Assembly: GCA_050177075.1 (NCBI GenBank)
Contig: JBFXHL010000001.1
Span: forward strand, 3,349-67,348
Source: Sulfuricellaceae bacterium
GTDB taxonomy: Bacteria; Pseudomonadota; Gammaproteobacteria; Burkholderiales; UBA9220
Length of the DNA: 64,000 nt
Direction of reading: 5' to 3'
The notes under the pieces are model-generated. The model was not told where the DNA came from. It ran no database searches and worked only from the letters and a program-made list of their open reading frames with translations. The position numbers were made by a program, and so were the translations under genes. Below, piece after piece: positions 21,340 through 31,380 of the stretch (position 1 is the first letter of the stretch; each line of letters begins with the position of its first letter).

Positions 21340-23052
21340 TCAGCGTAACTTCATCCCCACCTGGGTGATGCGCCCCCGTTCCATTTCCCTCACCACGAAT
21401 TCCACACGCCCCTGGACAACACGATCTCCCACCACCGGCCGCCTGCGAAAAGCCCGGTCAAGATATGCCGACAGTCTCAGCCCGGCGGCTTCGGGCGGCG
21501 GCTCAAAGCCGTAAAGGAGGGCAAGGGCCGCCATGTCGGCGTCGCCGTTGAGGACGAAATCGCCGAAAAAGGCGCCGGGCGAAAGCTCTCCCGTGGAGGG
21601 GGAAGCGAACAGCCGGTTGAGCAGGACCTCGGCTTCCCGGGGCGCCGCCAGATAAAGGCTATCCCCCGCCTTCAGGCGGATGCCGCCCGACAGAAAAATG
21701 GCGCGGCCTGCGCGAATCAGCGTGGCGGGGAAAACGTTTTCCGGCAGGGGAAGGCGGCCCAGCTCCTGCCCTACCGCCGAACTGCCGGGAGCGAGGCGAT
21801 AGCCCAACAGGTCCACGTCTACCGGGCCGTCGGCGCTGAATTCCACCCTTTGCATGGGCTCGGGGCTCGGAGGAACCTCCAGCCCCAGCCGGTGCGCCAA
21901 GGGGGCCAGCGTCCAGCCCTGCATCACCAGGGACATCAACACCACGAAGAATGTGACGTTGAAGTAGGCATGCGCATGCTCCAGGCCCGCCAGGAGCGGA
22001 AAGGTGGCGAGGATAATGGGAACCGCCCCTCGCAGTCCCACCCAGGCGATATAGACCTGTTCCCGGAGGGGAAAACGGTAGGGCAGGAGACACAGCCACA
22101 CCGCGATGGGCCGCGCGACGAACATCAGCACCAGGGCGATCAGCATCGCCTGGGGGGCCACCGGCAGGAGGGCGCTGGGCGTCACCAGCAAGCCGAGCAT
22201 GAGAAACATGCCGATCTGGCTCAGCCACGCCAGTCCGTCGTGAATCCGGCGGATGGAATCGGTGGCCCGCACCCGGCTGTTCCCCAGGACCAAGCCAGCC
22301 AGATAGATGGCGAGAAAGCCGCTGCCGCCGGCAAGGGAGGTGGCGGCGAAGAGGGAAACCCCTCCCCCAACCGTCAGGAGCGCGTATAAGCCCTGCTCCA
22401 GTTCGAGGCGGTTGACCACCCAGGCGATGGCCTTGCCGCCGGCCGCTCCCGCCGCCACCCCCAGGCCCATCTGGCGCAGGAATTCTCCCAGCATATTCCA
22501 GCCCAGTCCCTCCTGCCCGGCGGCAAGGGCCTCGATGAGCAACACTGTCAGCAGTACCGCCATGGGGTCATTGCTGCCGGATTCGATTTCCAGCGTCGCC
22601 CCCACTCGCTGCTTCAAGGCCATACCCTGATAGCGCAGGAGGGAAAACACCGCCGCCGCGTCAGTGGAACCGACGATGGCCCCCACCAGCAAGCCCTCCA
22701 TCCAGCCGAACCCCAACACCCAGGCAGCGAACAAGCCCGTCACGAGGGAAGTGAGCGCCACTCCGATCGTGGCTAAGGACAGGGCGGGATAAAGGGCGAC
22801 GCGAAAGGTTTCCACCCGGGTGCGCATGCCACCGTCGAAGAGGATGACCGCCAGGGCGAGGCTGCCGATGAGGTGGGCCGCCTGGAAGTTGCTGAAATGA
22901 ATACCACCGGGGCCATCCTCCCCCGCCAGCATGCCGAGGAGCAAGAAGGCGAGGAGGAGGGGCATTCCCACCCGCGAAGAAGCGGCGCTGGCGAAGATGC
23001 TCAGCAGCAGCAGCACCGCCCCCAGGAGGATGACCTGGTTGGAGAAGTCCAC
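21340..23052 (-). CDS. nhaP2: K+/H+ antiporter, NhaP2/CvrA type (CPA1 core plus C-terminal TrkA-C-like domain)
   Basis: 570 aa. MDFSNQVILLGAVLLLLSIFAS...GMLAGEDGPGGIHF is typical of the family. Confidence 0.8.
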   Translation of the reverse strand: MDFSNQVILLGAVLLLLSIFASAASSRVGMPLLLAFLLLGMLAGEDGPGGIHFSNFQAAHLIGSLALAVILFDGGMRTRVETFRVALYPALSLATIGVALTSLVTGLFAAWVLGFGWMEGLLVGAIVGSTDAAAVFSLLRYQGMALKQRVGATLEIESGSNDPMAVLLTVLLIEALAAGQEGLGWNMLGEFLRQMGLGVAAGAAGGKAIAWVVNRLELEQGLYALLTVGGGVSLFAATSLAGGSGFLAIYLAGLVLGNSRVRATDSIRRIHDGLAWLSQIGMFLMLGLLVTPSALLPVAPQAMLIALVLMFVARPIAVWLCLLPYRFPLREQVYIAWVGLRGAVPIILATFPLLAGLEHAHAYFNVTFFVVLMSLVMQGWTLAPLAHRLGLEVPPSPEPMQRVEFSADGPVDVDLLGYRLAPGSSAVGQELGRLPLPENVFPATLIRAGRAIFLSGGIRLKAGDSLYLAAPREAEVLLNRLFASPSTGELSPGAFFGDFVLNGDADMAALALLYGFEPPPEAAGLRLSAYLDRAFRRRPVVGDRVVQGRVEFVVREMERGRITQVGMKLR

Positions 23053-23062
23053 GTCTTCCTCT

Positions 23063-23947
23063 TCATCCCGCCGCGATCAGGACATCGCACCCCGCCTCGT
23101 AGATCATGTGCTCGGTGTTGCTGCCCAGGAGCAGGCGCTCCAATTCGGACTGGCCGTGCTTCCCCATCACCAGCAGATCCGCGTCCCAGTCGCGCAGCTT
23201 GCGGTGGAGGACGGTGGCCACGTGGCCGTGCTCCACCTGGCCGACCACGGCGGGCGACGCCTCTCCCCCCTCGGCCAGGAAATCCCGCAGACGGTGGATG
23301 CTCTCCGTCGCCGCCGCATCCAGGTAATGCCTGAGGGCCTCGTCCTCGGCCACGGCGAAGCGTATCTTGCCCTCGTAGGGGGATTCGAACACGTGCAGCG
23401 CCAGGACCTCCGCCCCCGGCGCGACCCGGGAGGCCCATTCCATGGCGAGGCGGGACGCCTGGGAAAAATCCACCGCCACCACCACCCGCCGATAGGCGGC
23501 GCGGGGCTCATTCTTCACCACCAGCAGGGGACAATGCAGCTTGCGGGCCAATTTGTCGGCGGTGGAACCGAGAAAGATATCCTCGACAAAATTACCGCCA
23601 TGGGCCCCCACCACCACCAAATCCGCCCCGTGGGCCGCATGGGTGGCAAACGTCTTGGCCGTCCGCCCCACCGCCACATGGCGGCGAACCGGCAGCCCGA
23701 AACGGCTCTCCAGCGCCGTCGCCGCCATCTCCAGCAGGCGGCCCCTCGTCTTCATCAGCGCGGCGTCGGCCTCCTCGTCGGAGAGGGCGGTCAAATATTC
23801 CACGGCTTTCAACGGTTGCGGATTGACCACGTGGAACAGTTCCAGGTTTTCCCCCAGGACTTGCGCCAGCATGGCGGCACGCACCTCGGCCCGCTCCGCG
23901 CGCTCGGAAAAATCAGTCCCCGCCACAATACGCCGTACTCCCTTCAT
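23063..23947 (-). CDS. Tandem-domain universal stress protein
   Basis: Start MKGVRRIVAGTDFS is preceded by GGAGGGACC. There are two Usp domains (..VVGAHGG.., ..VMGKHGQS..LLGSNTEHM). The longer track ORF extends into the cstA promoter region. Confidence 0.85.
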   Translation of the reverse strand: MKGVRRIVAGTDFSERAERAEVRAAMLAQVLGENLELFHVVNPQPLKAVEYLTALSDEEADAALMKTRGRLLEMAATALESRFGLPVRRHVAVGRTAKTFATHAAHGADLVVVGAHGGNFVEDIFLGSTADKLARKLHCPLLVVKNEPRAAYRRVVVAVDFSQASRLAMEWASRVAPGAEVLALHVFESPYEGKIRFAVAEDEALRHYLDAAATESIHRLRDFLAEGGEASPAVVGQVEHGHVATVLHRKLRDWDADLLVMGKHGQSELERLLLGSNTEHMIYEAGCDVLIAAG

Positions 23948-24095
23948 GGTCCCTCCCCTTCCTGGCTTATCCACTGCGGCTCCCTCACCAATAAGACTCT
24001 CGAACGGCGGCATGGGTTCCTTGGCTTCCAGGCTGTTTGTCTTCGCTTCTTTCCGTAATACCATAGACCCCATAAGCCAAACAATGGGACACACC

Positions 24096-26168
24096 ATGAA
24101 AAACCCCTTCCTCTCCAGGCTGACCTGGCTCGCCGTCGCCGTCATCGGCGCTGGCGCCGTCGGCGGCATCGCCCTCCACCGGGGCGAAAGCATCAACACC
24201 CTGTGGTTCATCGTCGCCGCTCTGTGCGTCTACGCCATCGCCTACCGCTTCTACGCCGCCTGGATCGCCGCCACGGTGCTGGTCACCGACGACCGCCGCG
24301 CCACCCCGGCGGAGCGCTTCGACAACGGCCGCGACTTCGTCCCCACCAACAAGTGGGTGGTGTTCGGCCACCACTTCGCCGCCATCGCCGGCCCCGGCCC
24401 TCTCATCGGCCCCACCCTGGCGGCCCAGTTCGGCTATCTGCCGGGCACCCTGTGGATACTCATCGGCGCCGTGCTGGGGGGCTGCGTCCAGGACATGACC
24501 ATCCTCTTCTTCTCCACCCGCCGCGACGGCCGCAGCCTGGGCCAGATGGCCCGGGACGAGCTGGGCCCCATCGGCGGCGCGGCGGCCCTCACCGGCACCC
24601 TGATGATCATGGTGATCCTGATCGCGGTGCTGGGCCTGGTGGTGGTCAACGCCATGAAGCACAGCCCCTGGGCCACCTCCACCGTGGCCGCCACCATTCC
24701 CATCGCCATGATTGTCGGCCTCTACATGCGCAACATCCGCCCGGGGCGGGTACTGGAAGGCTCCCTCCTGGGGGTGGGCCTGCTCCTGGCGGCGGTGGCC
24801 GGCGGCGGCTGGGTGGACCATCACGAGACCCTGCGCGGGTTCTTTGACCACGAGGGCCTGACCCTGGCCTGGTTCGTCATCGCCTACGGCTTCATCGCCG
24901 CCGTCCTGCCCGTGTGGCTGCTGCTGGCGCCCCGGGACTACCTTTCCACCTTCATGAAGCTGGGCACCATCATCCTCCTGGCCATCGCCATCGTGCTCCT
25001 GCACCCGACGGTGAAGATGCCGGCCCTCACCCCCTTCATCGACGGCAGCGGCCCCATCTTCGGTGGCGCCCTGTTCCCCTTCGTCTTCATCACCATCGCC
25101 TGCGGCGCGGTGTCCGGCTTCCACGCCCTGATCTCCTCCGGCACCACGCCGAAACTGCTGGCCAACGAGCGGGACATCCCCATGATCGGCTACGGCGGCA
25201 TGGTGCTGGAATCCTTCGTCGCCATCATGGCGATGATCGCCGCCACGGTGCTGGACCCCGGCGTCTATTTCGCCATCAACAGCCCGGCGGGCATCGTCGG
25301 CAAGGAAGCCATGGATGCAGTGGCGAAAATTTCCTCCTGGGGCTTCCCGGTGACCGTGGAGCAGATGGAATTCCTGGCGAAAGAAATGGGCGAGAAGACC
25401 CTCTTCGCCCGCACCGGCGGCGCCCCCTCCCTGGCGGTGGGCATGGCTTCCATCTTCGGCAGTGCCTTCGGCCAGGGCCTGCTGGCCCTGTGGTACCACT
25501 TCGCCATCATGTTCGAGGCGGTGTTCATCCTCACCACCCTCGACGCCGGCACCCGGGTGGGGCGCTTCATGCTCCAGGATTTCCTCGGCAACTTCTCCCC
25601 CAAGCTGGGGCAGACCTCCTGGTACCCCTCGGTGCTGCTCACCTCCGGCGTCATCGTCGCCGCCTGGGGCTATTTCCTCTACATCGGCGTCATCGACCCC
25701 AACGGCGGCGTCAACATCCTCTGGCCCCTGTTCGGCATCTCCAACCAGATGCTGGCGGCCATCGCCCTGTCGGTGGCCACCGGCATCCTGGTGAAGTCCG
25801 GCAAGCTGAAGTACGCCTGGGTCACCGGCCTGCCCCTGGCCTGGCTGGCGGTAGTCACCACCAGCGCGGCGTGGGAGAAGATTTTCAGCCCCGACCTGCG
25901 GGTGGGCTTCTTCGCCGCCGCCAACGACCTGGCCGACAAGCTCGCTGCCGGTGCCCTGCCGCCGGAGAAGGCCGCGGTGGCGCCCCAGCTGATCTTCAAC
26001 CAGCAGCTGGACGCCTGGCTGACGCTGTTCTTCGTCGCCATGCTGTGGACCATCATCCTCGACATGCTGCGGGTCAGCGTCCGCCACCTCCAGGGCAAGG
26101 CGGTGCCGCCCCTGTCGGAATCGCCCCACGAGCCGTCGCGGCTGGTGGAAGACTGGGTGCGGGATTGA
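24096..26168 (+). CDS. cstA: Carbon starvation protein A (peptide/pyruvate transporter family)
   Basis: Collinear with E. coli CstA (ALHRGE.INTLW..., FGHHFAAIAGPGPL, ACGAVSGFHALISSGTTPK). An alternative ATG lies at 24084. The first 180 codons of track ORF 23541.. are antisense to usp. Confidence 0.93.
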   Translation: MKNPFLSRLTWLAVAVIGAGAVGGIALHRGESINTLWFIVAALCVYAIAYRFYAAWIAATVLVTDDRRATPAERFDNGRDFVPTNKWVVFGHHFAAIAGPGPLIGPTLAAQFGYLPGTLWILIGAVLGGCVQDMTILFFSTRRDGRSLGQMARDELGPIGGAAALTGTLMIMVILIAVLGLVVVNAMKHSPWATSTVAATIPIAMIVGLYMRNIRPGRVLEGSLLGVGLLLAAVAGGGWVDHHETLRGFFDHEGLTLAWFVIAYGFIAAVLPVWLLLAPRDYLSTFMKLGTIILLAIAIVLLHPTVKMPALTPFIDGSGPIFGGALFPFVFITIACGAVSGFHALISSGTTPKLLANERDIPMIGYGGMVLESFVAIMAMIAATVLDPGVYFAINSPAGIVGKEAMDAVAKISSWGFPVTVEQMEFLAKEMGEKTLFARTGGAPSLAVGMASIFGSAFGQGLLALWYHFAIMFEAVFILTTLDAGTRVGRFMLQDFLGNFSPKLGQTSWYPSVLLTSGVIVAAWGYFLYIGVIDPNGGVNILWPLFGISNQMLAAIALSVATGILVKSGKLKYAWVTGLPLAWLAVVTTSAAWEKIFSPDLRVGFFAAANDLADKLAAGALPPEKAAVAPQLIFNQQLDAWLTLFFVAMLWTIILDMLRVSVRHLQGKAVPPLSESPHEPSRLVEDWVRD

Positions 26169-26169
26169 G

Positions 26170-26349
26170 ATGAAGGCGCGGCTGCACGCCCTGTGGCGCA
26201 TGATCCGCCGCCTTTCCGGCGACGACGCCTACGAGCGCTACCTGGCCCACCACGCCGCCGCCCACCCCGGCGAGCCTCCCCTGTCCCGCCGGGAATATTT
26301 CAAGCGGGAGCAGGAGCGGAAGTGGGGAGGAATCCGGCGCTGCTGCTGA
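26170..26349 (+). CDS. YbdD/YjiX-family small protein (DUF466), CstA partner; absent from the ORF track (59 aa)
   Basis: Hand translation gives MKARLHALWRMIRRLSGDDAYERYLAHHAAAHPGEPPLSRREYFKREQERKWGGIRRCC. The ATG is 1 nt after the cstA stop. The family hallmark is the C-terminal RCC. Confidence 0.8.
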   Translation: MKARLHALWRMIRRLSGDDAYERYLAHHAAAHPGEPPLSRREYFKREQERKWGGIRRCC

Positions 26350-26361
26350 AGCGGATGGCGC

Positions 26362-26889
26362 TCAGCGGAATTCGATGCCGAACCCGTCCTGCTTCGCCAC
26401 CGCCTCCAGCCGCTGCTTCAGCTCGTCGCCGTAGATTTTGGTCCAGGAATCGTAGAAGTTGCCGGTTTCGGTCAGGATTTTCACCGTTTCCGCCAGGTAG
26501 CGCTTGCCCAGGGGCGAATCGTAGAAGGCCAGCAGCTGCTTCAGCTCCTCGGCGCTGAAGCGTTCGCCGTAGGCCTCCACGATGCGGTCCACGGGGCCGC
26601 CGGATTTCTCCACCACCTCCCGGGTGTAGGCGAGGATGGCCTGGTTCAGCTTCGCCATGGCTTCCTTGGCGGCGTCGGGGTTTTCCACCCGGATGGAGCG
26701 CACCAGCTTGGCCTTGAAGTTGTCCGCTGCGGCAGCGATGAAGAGCTGGTCGTAGCTAGTGCCGAAGGACTGGAGGCCGGCCTCCATCAGGCGCAGGATG
26801 TCCTGGCGCTTTTCCGGCGTCATGTCGTCGGCCTGGGCGCCAAGACAGGCCAGGGCCAGCAGCGCCGCCAGCAGGGTTCGTTTCATCAT
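26362..26889 (-). CDS. Periplasmic DUF2059-like protein
   Basis: Signal peptide. ...FSAEELKQLLAFYDSPLGKRYL... resembles DUF2059. Confidence 0.65.
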   Translation of the reverse strand: MMKRTLLAALLALACLGAQADDMTPEKRQDILRLMEAGLQSFGTSYDQLFIAAAADNFKAKLVRSIRVENPDAAKEAMAKLNQAILAYTREVVEKSGGPVDRIVEAYGERFSAEELKQLLAFYDSPLGKRYLAETVKILTETGNFYDSWTKIYGDELKQRLEAVAKQDGFGIEFR

Positions 26890-27064
26890 GGTCCGTGTCT
26901 CCCGTGAATAAGCGCCCCCATCTTACCATCCCTCTCCGCCGGGCCAAGGCTGTCTCCGGCACGGGTTTTTCTTTATCATGACAGCCCTTCCCACCCATCC
27001 CGCTGCCCATGCTCCCTGCCCTTTCCACCATCCTTGCGTCACCGCCTTTTCCGGAGGGCGGGCG

Positions 27065-28270
27065 ATGAACATCGACGTGGTGGTCGTCGGCGGCGGCGCC
27101 GCGGGCATGATGTGCGCCGCCCAGGCCGGACGGCGGGGACGGCGGGTGCTGGTCATCGACCATGCCGCCAGGATCGGCGAGCGCATCCGCGTCTCCGGCG
27201 GCGGCAAATGCAACTTCACCAACCGCAGCGTCGGCCCGGAGAACTACCTCTCCCGCAACCCCCACTTCTGCCGCTCGGCCCTGGCCCGCTTCAGCCAGTG
27301 GGACTTCCTCGCCCTGGTGGAGGGACGCGGCATTCCCTACCACGAGCGGGACCACGGCCAACTGTTCTGCGACAACTCGGCCCAGGACATCGTCGCTCTC
27401 CTCAAGGACGCCTGCGACGATGCCGGGGTGCAATGGGCCAACCCCTGCACGGTAGCAAGCGTCGAACGGCTGGAAGGTAACGGGGACATGCCGCGCTTCG
27501 CCGTCGCCACCGACCGCGGCACTTTCCGCTGCCGCTCCCTGGTGGTCGCCAGCGGCGGCCTGGCCGCCCCCCAGCTCGGCGCCAGCCCCTTCGGCTATCG
27601 CCTGGCGGAGCAGTTCGGCCTCGGCGTCGTGCCGCCCCGGCCCGCCTTGGTGCCCCTGGCCCTGGCGCCGGAGACCCTCGCCGCCTTCAAGCCCCTGGCC
27701 GGCAACACCCTCGACGCCGCCACCTGGTGCGAGGCCTTCCCCGAGCGGCGCTTCCGCGAGAACGTCCTCCTCACCCACCGGGGCCTGTCCGGTCCCGCCA
27801 TCCTCCAGGTGTCCAGCTACTGGCAGATGCAGGAGGGAAAGAAACGCCCCCTGGAAATCGACCTCCTGCCGGGGACGGACGCCCCCGCCTGGCTCGCCGA
27901 CCATCGCCGCGGCAAGCTGCTGCTGTCCAACCTGCTGGCGGAACGGCTGCCTCGCCGCTTCGCCCACGAGTGGTGCGCCCTCCACGGCTGGAACCGGCCC
28001 CTCCACGACTTCGCCCAGAAGGAGCTGGAGGCCGTCGCCCGCGCCCTCCAGGGCTGGACCGTCTCCCCTTCCGGCACCCTCGGCTATGCCAAGGCCGAGG
28101 TCACCCTGGGCGGGGTGGACACGGACGGCCTGTCGTCGAAGACCATGGAGGCGAAAATGGTGCCGGGCCTGTTCTTCGCCGGCGAAGTGGTAGACGTCAC
28201 CGGCTGGCTCGGCGGCTACAACCTCCAGTGGGCCTGGTCCTCGGGCTGGGTGGCCGGGCAGTTCGCCTGA
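27065..28270 (+). CDS. NAD(P)/FAD-dependent oxidoreductase, HI0933/YhiN (BaiN-like) family
   Basis: Start MNIDVVVVGGGAAGMMCA is preceded by GGAGGG. ...SGGGKCNFTN... is characteristic of the family. Confidence 0.85.
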   Translation: MNIDVVVVGGGAAGMMCAAQAGRRGRRVLVIDHAARIGERIRVSGGGKCNFTNRSVGPENYLSRNPHFCRSALARFSQWDFLALVEGRGIPYHERDHGQLFCDNSAQDIVALLKDACDDAGVQWANPCTVASVERLEGNGDMPRFAVATDRGTFRCRSLVVASGGLAAPQLGASPFGYRLAEQFGLGVVPPRPALVPLALAPETLAAFKPLAGNTLDAATWCEAFPERRFRENVLLTHRGLSGPAILQVSSYWQMQEGKKRPLEIDLLPGTDAPAWLADHRRGKLLLSNLLAERLPRRFAHEWCALHGWNRPLHDFAQKELEAVARALQGWTVSPSGTLGYAKAEVTLGGVDTDGLSSKTMEAKMVPGLFFAGEVVDVTGWLGGYNLQWAWSSGWVAGQFA

Positions 28271-28276
28271 GCGGGC

Positions 28277-28825
28277 CTAGGAAGCGGCGCGGCGCAGGGT
28301 TTCCAGCTCCACCCGTACCGAGCCGTCCTCCCCCGTCAGGAGGATTTCCCCTTCCTGGATGGTGGCCTGGAGGCGCATGGTGCGCCGGGCCATGGCCGCC
28401 AACTCCTGGGTGGCGGCGTAGGGCAGGTTGAACACCGTCAGGTTCGCCGCCCGGGCCAGCTTCGGCCCCACCTGGCTCCACCACAGTTCCGCCCCCCGCC
28501 CGCCGTAGGCATAGACCACCACCTGGGCGGCCCGGCCACAGGCCTTGAGAACGCGGCGTTCGTCCGGCAGCCCCACCTCGATCCAGCGCTCGACGGCGCC
28601 GGTCAGGTCACGCTGCCACAGGTCCGGCTCCTCCGTCTCGCTCAGCCCCTTGCCGAAGGCCAGGGCCTCGTCGGCGTTATGGGCGAAGGCCAGGAGCCGC
28701 ACCATCATCCGCTCGTCGGTCTCCGACGGATGGCGGGCCAGGGTCAGGCTGTGGTCGCGGTAATAGTGGCGGTCCAGGTCGGCGATCTGGAGGTCGGCTT
28801 TGTAGACGGTGGCTTTGAGGGCCAT
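28277..28825 (-). CDS. yaeQ: YaeQ family protein
   Basis: 182 aa. MALKATVYKADLQIADLDRHYY..HSLTLARHPSETDERMMVRLLAF is a typical YaeQ sequence. Confidence 0.85.
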   Translation of the reverse strand: MALKATVYKADLQIADLDRHYYRDHSLTLARHPSETDERMMVRLLAFAHNADEALAFGKGLSETEEPDLWQRDLTGAVERWIEVGLPDERRVLKACGRAAQVVVYAYGGRGAELWWSQVGPKLARAANLTVFNLPYAATQELAAMARRTMRLQATIQEGEILLTGEDGSVRVELETLRRAAS

Positions 28826-29074
28826 TGAACATTTCCCCGTGAGATGAAAGGCGATTCCACGCCGAGCCGGTTTAAACTTGGCCCGTCCCGGCCCAGGGTG
28901 GCGATTATATTGGATATAACGGGCAACAGCTCTCCCTCGCCCCATTCCCCAGCCGAGTCCGTCACTGAAGACGACTTCGTTCAGTTAAATTGTTTCCCTC
29001 TGTCAAGGAATTACCCCTTAGCAGACGCCACCCCGGGGCCATCACTTTCCCCACCATGCCTACAGGAGACAACC

Positions 29075-30343
29075 ATGAACCATCTCGTCACCCCCTTCGC
29101 CCACACTCCCGCCTTCGTCAACGCCCCCGAGCCGGACTTCCTCGCCCGCCGGGTGAACCGCTACTACCAGGAGCGGGTTCTCGACACCTGGGACGGCGGT
29201 CATATCATGCGCGGCCGCCACCCCGGCCCGGACGCCATCCACCTAAGCAGCAACGATTACCTGTCCCTGGCGCGGCATCCGAAGATTCTGCGGGCGTCGG
29301 CGGAAAAGCTGGTGGATGAGGGCAACGGCCTGCTGATGTCGGCGATTTTCCTCCACGGCGACAATCCCCTTCTCAACATGGAGCGGCGCCTGGCCAACTT
29401 CATGGGGGCCGAGTCCGGGGTGCTGTGCCAGTCTGGCTTCGCCGCCAACACCGGGCTGGTGCAGTCCATCGCCGACGAAAAGACCCCCGTCTACGTCGAC
29501 ATGATGGCCCACATGTCCCTGTGGGAAGGCATCCGCAGCGCCGGCGCCCGCCCCGTGGTGTTCCACCATAACGACGTCGAGCACCTGGAGCGCCAGGTGC
29601 TCAAATACGGCCCCGGGGTGATTCTGGTGGATTCGGTGTACAGCACCAACGGCAGCGTCTGCCCCCTGGCGGAGGTGGTGGACGTGGGCACCCGCCACGG
29701 CTGCGTGCTGGTGGTGGACGAATCCCATTCCCTCGGCACCCATGGCCGCCAGGGGGAAGGGATGGTGGAGGACCTGGGGCTGTCCCACAAGGTGCATTTC
29801 CGCACCGCCAGCCTGGCCAAGGCCTTCGCCGGACGGGCCGGCTTCATCGCCTGCTCGGAGCGCTTCAGCGAATATTTCAAGTTCGAATCGAACCCGGCGA
29901 TTTTCAGCTCCACCCTGCTGCCCCACGAGGTGGCCGGGCTGGAGGCCACCCTGGAGGTGACCCGGGAGGAGCACTGGCGCCGCCTCGCCCTACGCGCCAA
30001 CGCCGCCTACCTGCGGGAGCGCCTGGACGAGCTGGGCTACAACCTGAACGGCAGCCAGTCCCAGATCATCGCCCTGGAATCAGGCACGGAGCGGCAGACC
30101 ATCGTGCTACGGGACGCCCTGGAAGCGCGGGGGATTTTCGGTTCGGTGTTCTGCGCCCCGGCGACGCCGAAAAACCGCTCCCTGATCCGGCTGTCGATCA
30201 ACGCCACCCTGACGGAAGAGGAGCTGGAGCGCATCGTCGACGCCTGCCGCGACATCCGCGGCGAGGTGGACATGGCCAACTGGGCCTCAACCCGGCGCAA
30301 GGCCGCCCGCGGCGACGCCCTGCCCCATAGCGACGCGGCCTGA
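29075..30343 (+). CDS. cqsA: Alpha-hydroxyketone autoinducer synthase (CqsA/LqsA family, PLP-dependent class II aminotransferase fold)
   Basis: 422 aa; AGGAG lies 7 nt upstream. Blocks match V. cholerae CqsA from memory: SNDYLSLARHP, VYVDMMAHMSLWEG, DSVYSTNGS..PLAE, VVDESHSLGTHG, HFRTASLAKAFAGRAG, NPAIFSSTLLPHEVAGLEATLE, GIFGSVFCAPATPKN..IRLS. Confidence 0.88.
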   Translation: MNHLVTPFAHTPAFVNAPEPDFLARRVNRYYQERVLDTWDGGHIMRGRHPGPDAIHLSSNDYLSLARHPKILRASAEKLVDEGNGLLMSAIFLHGDNPLLNMERRLANFMGAESGVLCQSGFAANTGLVQSIADEKTPVYVDMMAHMSLWEGIRSAGARPVVFHHNDVEHLERQVLKYGPGVILVDSVYSTNGSVCPLAEVVDVGTRHGCVLVVDESHSLGTHGRQGEGMVEDLGLSHKVHFRTASLAKAFAGRAGFIACSERFSEYFKFESNPAIFSSTLLPHEVAGLEATLEVTREEHWRRLALRANAAYLRERLDELGYNLNGSQSQIIALESGTERQTIVLRDALEARGIFGSVFCAPATPKNRSLIRLSINATLTEEELERIVDACRDIRGEVDMANWASTRRKAARGDALPHSDAA

Positions 30344-30360
30344 CGGCGAGGGGGCGGCGC

Positions 30361-31380
30361 CTAGGCGAAGGAGGCGCTGCTTTCCTTGTCCAGCCACACC
30401 AGGAAAGCGTTGTAGGGAATGACCGTGCCCAGCTGGAAGCCGGCCGGGTTCGGCACCACGGCGTAGTAGTACCACTCCCGCCCCTTGAGTTCCGTGGCGG
30501 GGTAGAGGCACGACTGCCAGTCGCAGTCGGGGCCGTACTCGCCCCCCGTTTGCCAGAAATAGGGCACCATCCGGTTGCTCTTCAGGGCGCTGAGGAGGGG
30601 CGGCGGCGCCGCCTGGTCGTAGGCGATCTCGTAGTGGGAAAGCATATCCTCCTCGGTCTGGACGATGAGCAGGCTCGCCACGCCGTCCGCATCCAGCATC
30701 AGGATGCCTTCCGGCAAGGCCGTCAGGTAGAACTCGACGATATCCAGCCGGTTGCATATCTGGCGGAATTCCTCGGCGAAGGCCGGGTCCCGCAGGAAGG
30801 TGTGGGAGCCCAGGGCCAGGGTATCCATCACCGTCCGCCCCAGGCTCTCGAAATAGGCCAGCTGCAGGTCCACGATGGCCCGGTTGAGGACGGGAATGAC
30901 GTCCGGGTCCTGCTTGAGGATGAAGCGGTCGATCAGGCCCTGGTTGAAGGCCTGCACCGCCACCTTCTCGTCCGCCTTGCCCGTCAGCAGCACTTTTTTC
31001 AGGGTCGGGTTGTCGAGGCGGCGGCACAGCTCCAGGCCGTCGATCTCGGGCATGTCGTAGTCCACCACCACCACCGACACCTGTTCGAACCGATGCTCGT
31101 TGTGGACTTCCCGGGCGATGGCGTCGAGGTTGAGGTCGATGACGTGGTGGGAAAAGGGCAGTTCCTCCCCGTGGCGGGACACGGAAAAGAAGCGTTCCGC
31201 CAGGGACGGCTCGGCGGGCGCGCCGTTCAGCACCGCCAGGGCTTCCGCCGGGGAATCGTAGAGACGGTAGGCGAGACCGGCGTCGAGCTGCAGGCTCAGG
31301 TTGGCCAGGAAATCGGGGCTGTCGTCGATGAAAATTACCGTGGTCGGGAAATAGAACGGCGGGATTTCATTTTGCCGCAT
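30361..31380 (-). CDS. Orphan receiver-domain protein with a non-DNA-binding C-terminal domain (LqsR-like)
   Basis: 339 aa. Receiver signatures are VIFIDDSPDF, VVVVDYDMPEIDG (putative acceptor Asp107) and LLTGKADE. The ATG overlaps the kinase stop (TGATG). Confidence 0.75.
   Translation of the reverse strand: MRQNEIPPFYFPTTVIFIDDSPDFLANLSLQLDAGLAYRLYDSPAEALAVLNGAPAEPSLAERFFSVSRHGEELPFSHHVIDLNLDAIAREVHNEHRFEQVSVVVVDYDMPEIDGLELCRRLDNPTLKKVLLTGKADEKVAVQAFNQGLIDRFILKQDPDVIPVLNRAIVDLQLAYFESLGRTVMDTLALGSHTFLRDPAFAEEFRQICNRLDIVEFYLTALPEGILMLDADGVASLLIVQTEEDMLSHYEIAYDQAAPPPLLSALKSNRMVPYFWQTGGEYGPDCDWQSCLYPATELKGREWYYYAVVPNPAGFQLGTVIPYNAFLVWLDKESSASFA

Noticed and set aside
23985-26201. 738-aa minus-strand ORF. 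Similar long ORFs occur at 50037..52352, 60384..62384, 2156..3361, 4041..5147, 14759..16192 and 53084..55012.
   Set aside because: All are antisense or off-frame relative to well-recognised genes (cstA, HPP-CBS/purB, secD, int, fbp, ribH/ribB, the EAL-GGDEF gene). They are high-GC artefacts.
28844-29074. N-terminal 77-aa extension of the CqsA-like ORF (track start 28844)
   Set aside because: The extension has no similarity to CqsA and overlaps the divergent yaeQ promoter region. The ATG at 29075 has a good AGGAG RBS and aligns with the CqsA N-terminus.
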